DNA of 64,000 nucleotides from positions 1,584-65,583 of IMG/VR virus record IMGVR_UViG_3300031994_000095. One strand, given 5' to 3'. Positions 58,442-64,000 of this stretch are shown piece after piece (the first letter of the stretch is position 1; every line of letters begins with the position of its first letter). The notes below the pieces were generated by a model. It worked only from the letters and a program-made list of their open reading frames with translations, did not search any database and was not told the DNA's origin. Position numbers and translations under genes: made by a program. Source of the stretch: a virus. Its lineage: Duplodnaviria > Caudoviricetes.

Positions 58442-58815
58442 TGTATCTCCTTTAAGAATTTTCGGTATAGGATTATCATTTCTGGGTTGGATGCCGGTGT
58501 CTCCAAGGCATCCTCGACAAGTCGGCGATAGTGCGTTATAGTGGAGTGGTCTTTGCCCAGGACTGCGCCAATCTTCTCCACGGTCAAGCCTTGCTCATAC
58601 AAGCAATAGGACACCACGGCGCGGGCATACACCCCATCGCGTTGTCGTGTGTTGTTGCGGATGGGTTTCTTCATTATCGCCTCCATCGTCTCAACGTACA
58701 ACTCGCCGAGTGTCAATCCCGCTTGTTCGTGAATCTCCTCCTCGACGAGTTCATCAAGGCGCGACATCACCTTTACGCGTGACTCGCGCGGTAGTGAGTT
58801 GAATCGTGCGGCCAT
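58438..58815 (-). CDS. DnaA C-terminal (domain IV)-like HTH protein
   Basis: RAVVSY...TVEKIGAVLGKDHSTITH, the DnaA DHSTV signature. Confidence 0.75.
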   Translation of the reverse strand: MAARFNSLPRESRVKVMSRLDELVEEEIHEQAGLTLGELYVETMEAIMKKPIRNNTRQRDGVYARAVVSYCLYEQGLTVEKIGAVLGKDHSTITHYRRLVEDALETPASNPEMIILYRKFLKEIQ

Positions 58816-58818
58816 AGG

Positions 58819-60921
58819 CTAAAACACGTCATCGGGCATATCCTGCCCATCCGCTTGAGCAAAGAACTTGTCATACTCCGTTTGGTTGTTCCATCCACCA
58901 TCGGCGGGTGGTGGCGGTGGTATATCCGAAGGCTCCATCCATCCGTAGTGAATCTGCTCCGCGATGTCATTCTTGAGGCGGTTGGACTCAATCTCGAACC
59001 AGAGCTTAATGAAGTGGTCGGTAGCCGCACCCTTGTCACGGCACTTGCATATCTCTACGGCATTGGTGCATCCCGAATCCTTGATGTCCGCGATAGTCCC
59101 CTTGTCGAGAAACTCCTTGGCGGCAGTCTGAAAGTCGCGGTTAATGCGATGGATAATCATCGTGTTCTGCGCGATGTCGGGCAAGTGGCCAGAGCCGGAT
59201 ATTGAGTTCATACGAAGGAAGCCACCCGACTTATTGGGATGTGCGATGATATGGATGTGGATATTGAGTTCAATGGCAAGGTAGTGGATGCGCTTCATAA
59301 ACTCCTTCTGCGCCTTCCAGATGTCGCGGTCAAGTTCGTCGATGTCCAAGATGGTAAGGTTGTCAAGGAACACCTGGTCGATATGCTCCTTGAGGACAAT
59401 CTCGCGGATGTCGGCTTCAAGGGTGTCGTATCGGTCATTGTACTCGTTGTTGTACAACCATAGGTATTGGTCAATCCACGGGTCTATCTTCGCGGCTACG
59501 TCCTTTGGCGTGTAGTAGAAGTTATTGTACTGCGATGGTTTGTTCTTGCTCTTTCCTGCGGCTTGCAAGTAGAGCCAATTCTTGAACTCACCGTCACTAA
59601 GTTCCCCCGTCCACACCGCCGACTTGTAACCAAGATTGGCACAATTAAGTACCAACTGCGATATGATGGTTGACTTGGCACTTCCACGATAACCCGACCA
59701 TAGGGTGACTTGCTTGCGCTTGAACCCGATGATGAGGTCATCAAGTTGTCCGATGCCCGTGGGGATATACTCGGATGGGTCGAACTCCAGCTTAGGGATC
59801 TCGGACATCCGCTTCCATTTCTTGCCCTTGGTTGGCGTTTCTTGTTGCGGTGCGGATGGCTGTACCTCATCGCGTCTCCACGTGCGTTGTAGTTGCGCTT
59901 GTGTGCCGTATCGCTTGTCGTAGCATCCGGGTTCAAGTCTCTCGCGTAGTGTGTGCCAATCATTGCCTTGACACGAATTGTGGAAGCAGAAATAAGCCAC
60001 CGCACCACTCTTGTGTTGGAACAAGACCGCATCTTTTCCCTTGTGGTTCGGATTGAACAAGCAATGGTCGAGGATGTACCGCGTACCATCTGCCACCTCG
60101 ATGCGTTTCACCACCTCGATGCCGTGTCTTTGGATGAAGTCCTCAAGGTCGAACTTCTGCAACGAGTAGTTATTGAACCTTGATGGCTTTTCCTCCTCGG
60201 GGTAGAGGGTGGCGATGCGCTCAAAGTAGGAACGATGGTTTTTCTTTATCTCCGTTGGGACGGACAATATCTTGCACATCCGTCGGGGACGGTCCTCGCT
60301 GTCCGCGCTACCCTTGTTGGAGAATGTCCCCGGCAACTTGGCGATGCGTGATGCGTTATAGACCGATGTGTCCACCTTGACGTGTTCATCGGAGAACTGC
60401 ATTGACATCGCATAGGTGAACCGCTTTACAAGCTCCTCGTCCTCATTGGTGTTCTTGAGGTCACAAGGGATGAAAATGTGATACCCATTTGCCGAGTCAT
60501 TGACAATGCCATCGTAGAAACCCTCGCGCCGTAGGTAGGCGAATATCTCGCGGCATTTGAGTAGTGCGAAGTGCTTTTCCTCATCGGTGGAGTTGACATC
60601 GGATACACCCGTCACGCAGTCGAGGTCGAGGAGGACGAATCGTCTTGCCTCGATGTCGGCATCGGCGGTCGTAGCCAACTTCCCGCCCATCGGCATACAC
60701 TCGCATTGCTTTCGCCCATAGCAAGCCTCCTTGGGGGTATTGATGGTGAAATAGACCGCACCTTTGTGTGCGTTGGCATCGACATCACGGATAAGGTTAT
60801 TGATGTCCTTATAGTAGCCGGAGTCGGTGTATTTTCCCACGATGCGAATCTCGGTAAGTTCGCCTCCGTTTTGGAATATCTGCCACCACGCGTGTACCTG
60901 TTGTATTTGCTCCTCTGTCAT
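58819..60921 (-). CDS. Primase (AEP/PrimPol)-SF4 helicase fusion
   Basis: LLDLDC, SANGYHIF, RIAKLPGT; Walker A GYRGSAKST, VFLDNL and HIIAHPNK. Confidence 0.8.
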   Translation of the reverse strand: MTEEQIQQVHAWWQIFQNGGELTEIRIVGKYTDSGYYKDINNLIRDVDANAHKGAVYFTINTPKEACYGRKQCECMPMGGKLATTADADIEARRFVLLDLDCVTGVSDVNSTDEEKHFALLKCREIFAYLRREGFYDGIVNDSANGYHIFIPCDLKNTNEDEELVKRFTYAMSMQFSDEHVKVDTSVYNASRIAKLPGTFSNKGSADSEDRPRRMCKILSVPTEIKKNHRSYFERIATLYPEEEKPSRFNNYSLQKFDLEDFIQRHGIEVVKRIEVADGTRYILDHCLFNPNHKGKDAVLFQHKSGAVAYFCFHNSCQGNDWHTLRERLEPGCYDKRYGTQAQLQRTWRRDEVQPSAPQQETPTKGKKWKRMSEIPKLEFDPSEYIPTGIGQLDDLIIGFKRKQVTLWSGYRGSAKSTIISQLVLNCANLGYKSAVWTGELSDGEFKNWLYLQAAGKSKNKPSQYNNFYYTPKDVAAKIDPWIDQYLWLYNNEYNDRYDTLEADIREIVLKEHIDQVFLDNLTILDIDELDRDIWKAQKEFMKRIHYLAIELNIHIHIIAHPNKSGGFLRMNSISGSGHLPDIAQNTMIIHRINRDFQTAAKEFLDKGTIADIKDSGCTNAVEICKCRDKGAATDHFIKLWFEIESNRLKNDIAEQIHYGWMEPSDIPPPPPADGGWNNQTEYDKFFAQADGQDMPDDVF

Positions 60922-61322
60922 TAGAATAAGTCTCCTTCTTCAAGGTCGGGCATATTGTTTAAGAACGTTGAAAAGTTCCGTAGGTATGCCCCCGTCTCTT
61001 CCCTGGTATCCACCTCTTGTCGGATGAGGGCAAGCAGTTGTTCCTTGGTGTACTTGCCTTTGGCGAGAAGGTTTCGTATGTGTTGTTTGTCCTTCTGCCC
61101 TTTACCCGTAGGTCGGTTGCCGTTGTTGGCATCCCGGCTTGGGTATGCGTTATACACCTCAAGTACATCCGCATCCTCATCGGAGGTTATGGTCTTTTGT
61201 GTTGGCCATTTGCTCTCCGCTTGGGCTTGCCAATCGGCGAGTATCTCGTCTATTGCGAGACCCGTCTGCTCTTGATAGAGTGTGGCAAGTCCATAGAGAA
61301 CGACCTTCTCGAATTGTGTCAT
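60921..61322 (-). CDS. Hypothetical replication-associated protein
   Basis: VYNAYP...YLRNFSTFLNN. Confidence 0.6.
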   Translation of the reverse strand: MTQFEKVVLYGLATLYQEQTGLAIDEILADWQAQAESKWPTQKTITSDEDADVLEVYNAYPSRDANNGNRPTGKGQKDKQHIRNLLAKGKYTKEQLLALIRQEVDTREETGAYLRNFSTFLNNMPDLEEGDLF

Positions 61323-61489
61323 AGTTTCTTGATGTCTGCCCAGTCGGGGATGGGTGTTTTGTCGAGGGCGACGTACTTGTCGCCGACCTTCTTACACTTG
61401 ACGGTTACTTTGATAACGTTCCCGTCCTGCCGTGCGTTCCACGATGCGAGGTAGTACACCTCTTTCTTGATGGGTTTCTTTGTTGCCAT
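61319..61489 (-). CDS. Hypothetical basic protein (56 aa)
   Basis: Manual translation; ATGA overlap. Confidence 0.5.
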   Translation of the reverse strand: MATKKPIKKEVYYLASWNARQDGNVIKVTVKCKKVGDKYVALDKTPIPDWADIKKL

Positions 61490-61491
61490 AT

Positions 61492-61746
61492 CTAAAAGTT
61501 ATTGATGTCGATTTCTTGGACGAAAGTCAACTTGCCACGATAGCCTCGCCTTGCAAGCTCTGCCATAAGGTCACGCGGTGTGAATTGGTCAAGGGGTTGT
61601 GTGCGCCTTGAGAGAAGGTCATCACCGATGCGCTTGACATTTTGGAGTGCCTTTTCGCCCGCACCGAACTTTACCATAGCCTCCTCAATGGTGTGGGTCT
61701 TGAGATAGTCATAGACCTCACAGTTGTTAAGTTTCTTTCGATTCAT
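61492..61746 (-). CDS. Hypothetical protein
   Basis: LDQFTPRDLMAELARRGYRGKL. Confidence 0.65.
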   Translation of the reverse strand: MNRKKLNNCEVYDYLKTHTIEEAMVKFGAGEKALQNVKRIGDDLLSRRTQPLDQFTPRDLMAELARRGYRGKLTFVQEIDINNF

Positions 61747-61770
61747 ATTAGATGTGTTTAGAAGTTTAGG

Positions 61771-61840
61771 AGGGGTGGCGGGACTCGAACCCGCACCTTA
61801 AATGTTCCATTTCGCCGGATGCATCACGGACTCCACCCCT
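61771..61840 (-). ncRNA. tRNA-like RNA with a 3-nt anticodon loop
   Basis: AGGGGTG/CACCCCT acceptor, AAATG-GAA-CATTT arm, AAGGT variable loop and GCGGG-TTCGAGT-CCCGC T arm. Confidence 0.6.
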
Positions 61841-61848
61841 CTGATTGT

Positions 61849-62589
61849 TTAACCTTTCTGCCATTCGGGGAAATGAACCCCAAGTGTGCCGAAAATCGTA
61901 GTCGGAGAATCGGGTGTCAGCAAGTACCAAAATCCGTTGGCAACGTGCAGACCTTCCCCATTGTCCATCCACTGGATCGTGAAGTCCGTCTGGCTACCGA
62001 GAAGGTTGTCCTTCGGACTCACACGAACGTGGTAGGTCATCTCCGCATTGAGCCTCGTACATCTCGCATACGCCACCGACAAGTCATCGGTAAAGGACAA
62101 CTCGGTGTAAGTCCTTTCTGCCGTCTTGTGTTCCACCTTGCCCGTGACCGTCATATCGAACACCAGGGCGATGCAGTCATAGATGGCATCCACGAGGTAG
62201 TTGGTATCATCCTCCGTGATGACAAGTTCCTGGTCAACGTGGAACGGCGGCTCGGAGAAGAGGTTTGCGGAATAGGCATCGGCTATCTTCGGTGCGGTGT
62301 ATTCTCCAAAGACCGTGTAAGTGCCGATGGGAAGGTCTATTGGTTCGTTGACCGTGACCGTGTAGATGTTCCCATTCTCCTTGGATGTGAGTTTCAGTGC
62401 CATTGTCCTTGACATCGTGGTGTTGTCGAGTACGGACTTGACCTCGGCATCGGATGCCTTTGTCATACTGCCGGACTGTACTTGCTTGATACCGATGGTG
62501 ACGGTGTTGACGGGTGTGGGGATGGAGGTCTCCTTGTTGCAGGATGCGAGTCCGAGGACTCCGATGAGAAGTGCTAAAACTTTCTTCAT
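61849..62589 (-). CDS. Lipoprotein
   Basis: Signal peptide II MKKVLALLIGVLGLAS-C. Confidence 0.75.
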   Translation of the reverse strand: MKKVLALLIGVLGLASCNKETSIPTPVNTVTIGIKQVQSGSMTKASDAEVKSVLDNTTMSRTMALKLTSKENGNIYTVTVNEPIDLPIGTYTVFGEYTAPKIADAYSANLFSEPPFHVDQELVITEDDTNYLVDAIYDCIALVFDMTVTGKVEHKTAERTYTELSFTDDLSVAYARCTRLNAEMTYHVRVSPKDNLLGSQTDFTIQWMDNGEGLHVANGFWYLLTPDSPTTIFGTLGVHFPEWQKG

Positions 62590-62668
62590 AACGTTTTGGT
62601 TTTGTGATGAATTGTTTGTAAATTAGTGTTGCACTAAACGTTATGATAGAAAGAGTTAGACTCTTGTT

Positions 62669-63127
62669 TTAGTCCAGAAACAACTTCATCTGGCTAATGA
62701 TCTCGCCAAGTTCCGATAATGTGCGATACTTTGATGTAAAGCACTCCATATCGTGCTTGGCGCAGTCCATTAAATACCGCTTCGCATACTCGTTGTTGGA
62801 TGCATCGTTGATGGGGACATAGGATGCTTTCTCGCCCGGAGCATTGGCTACACTCACGAACGCCCTGACCTTGCACTTTATCTCCTCACGTTCGACAGTG
62901 ACAACGATACTGCGAATGAGAGCCTTTGCTTGGTTGACTCTCCACGAATCGGCTGCCTTCTTGTCATCCCATTCAAAAATGGAATGTAGCACCGAGGAGT
63001 CGTCTTTCGACTCTTCCACGACTTTCTCTGCTTCGAGAGTTCCGTACTTTTCACGGATTCTCTCAAGTTCTTTCCCTGCTACTTCTGCGGGGACTTTGTA
63101 GATACCTTGAATTGTGTATGAATACAT
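62669..63127 (-). CDS. Accessory gene downstream of the GGY-NN array
   Basis: 152-aa ORF starting 15 nt after the array; LHSIFEWDDKKAADSWRVNQAKALIRSI. Confidence 0.7.
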   Translation of the reverse strand: MYSYTIQGIYKVPAEVAGKELERIREKYGTLEAEKVVEESKDDSSVLHSIFEWDDKKAADSWRVNQAKALIRSIVVTVEREEIKCKVRAFVSVANAPGEKASYVPINDASNNEYAKRYLMDCAKHDMECFTSKYRTLSELGEIISQMKLFLD

Positions 63128-63142
63128 AGTTATTGAAAATTA

Positions 63143-63555
63143 AAACAAGCCGTGACATACCGAGCCTTGCCGAGTCAAAACTGACCGTGCCCCTCCTGCC
63201 GGAACGTGCCTCGCCTTACCCCGCCACACCTTAACCAACCGCACCTTGCCATACCAAACCACTCCTGCCCCGCCATACCTTGCCACACCAAAACGGGACA
63301 GACCCGACCCCACCCCACCTTGCCATACCAGTCCTGCCGAAACTCGCCCAACCACGCCTGGCCTTACCCGACCGTGCCTCGCCGTACCTCTCCTGCCGAA
63401 CCAAACCCCGCCGTAACATACCTCGCGCTATCGCACCCCACCTGAACACACCTCGCCACTCCTGCCAGACCTAAACGGGCCAAACCTGAACGTGCCCTAC
63501 CTCGCCACGCCTCACCTCGCCAGACCAAAACGGAACTAACCCAACCATTCCTGCC
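63143..63555 (-). ncRNA. GGY-NN pentamer array in six GGCAGGA-delimited units (VIPR-like guide array)
   Basis: GGCAGGA at 63549, 63460, 63391, 63332, 63263 and 63194 (left coordinates). Spacings 89/69/59/69/69 all equal 9+5n. Confidence 0.85.
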
Positions 63556-63559
63556 GTGA

Positions 63560-64000
63560 TTAGTCGCTCACAACTTGGAACAAGCCGAACGAACCGCTGT
63601 TGCACTTCTCTGGTCTCCACTCTCCAACTCCGCAAGTGAATCCTGCCGTGTTGAGAAGAGTGAGCAACTTTTCGGGAGTGATGACACCTTCGAGGTACTG
63701 GATGGTGATGTTCGCCCACCATTCGGGATACTCGGCACGATAGCGAGGGGAAGAGGTCTTGCTGATGCCACCGACCTTGACCACATCGCAGCGCATCCTC
63801 GGCTCTCCGTGGATTTCGATGAGTCCCGTCTCACGGTCATCGGCAATAACGTGGAACTTGGTACGGAGGTCAACCATAACCTCTCCACAAGTCTTTCCTG
63901 CACGAACCATCGCGGACTTGAAACCGACTGCGGGGAATCCCGTGCGGGCACCATCGGAGAGATAGTAGAAAGTCTTGGCGTTCTCCTGCTCCGGCGTGGG
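63560..64000 (-). CDS. RAMP/Cas7-like (Vipr-like) protein, 5'-truncated by the window edge
   Basis: The frame is open to 64000: ...GFPAVGFKSAMVRAG...RMRCDVVKVG...RYRAEYPEW...GVGEWRPEK..GSFGLF. Has a P...K.A motif and a terminal Gly-rich loop. Confidence 0.7.
   Translation of the reverse strand, partial: PTPEQENAKTFYYLSDGARTGFPAVGFKSAMVRAGKTCGEVMVDLRTKFHVIADDRETGLIEIHGEPRMRCDVVKVGGISKTSSPRYRAEYPEWWANITIQYLEGVITPEKLLTLLNTAGFTCGVGEWRPEKCNSGSFGLFQVVSD

Noticed and set aside
63143-63555. Canonical CRISPR array
   Set aside because: The only exact repeat is 7 nt, the spacers are themselves patterned, and there are no cas1/cas2 genes.
63140-63722. Several G/R/V-rich or P-rich ORFs over the pentamer array
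   Set aside because: The periodicity is 5 nt, not 3, and all frames give similar low-complexity peptides, so these are by-products of a nucleotide-level repeat.
1-64000. Alternative genetic code (TAG or TGA recoding)
   Set aside because: Long genes are uninterrupted in code 11, and all three stop codons terminate genes.
1-64000. IS elements or rRNA genes
   Set aside because: No transposase motifs, terminal inverted repeats with target duplications, or rRNA-like sequence were seen.

Overview
This window is most of a temperate, long-tailed dsDNA phage genome. There is a tape measure gene and no sheath gene. The host is probably Bacteroidota, because promoters match TT(T)G-N19/20-TAnnTTTG. The integrase abuts an attP-like site with phage genes on both sides, so this looks like the excised or circular form. 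Modules seen: DNA metabolism (PD-(D/E)XK nuclease, ERF, sliding clamp, primase-helicase, RuvC-like resolvase, rep initiator, ThyX-like), two DNA methyltransferase loci, a CI-like repressor, two tyrosine recombinases, two NUMOD4-HNH nucleases, packaging, head, tail and lysis genes, a CotH-kinase-like protein and an uncharacterised Gly-rich cassette. Three things stand out. (1) At 63.1-64.0 kb a RAMP/Cas7-like gene is followed by a six-unit array of GGY-NN pentamers delimited by GGCAGGA, which looks like an RNA-guided system with a non-contiguous code (VIPR-like). (2) A C5-methyltransferase is split into N- and C-terminal halves around eight overlapping mini-modules. Seven modules carry a poly-G tract, and an eighth tract lies in the neighbouring N4/N6 methyltransferase. 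All eight tracts are out of frame, suggesting a combinatorial phase-variable methylome. (3) Three tRNA-shaped RNAs keep acceptor and T arms but have remodelled anticodon arms. No database searches were possible: product calls rest on motifs and gene context, and coordinates were counted by hand.
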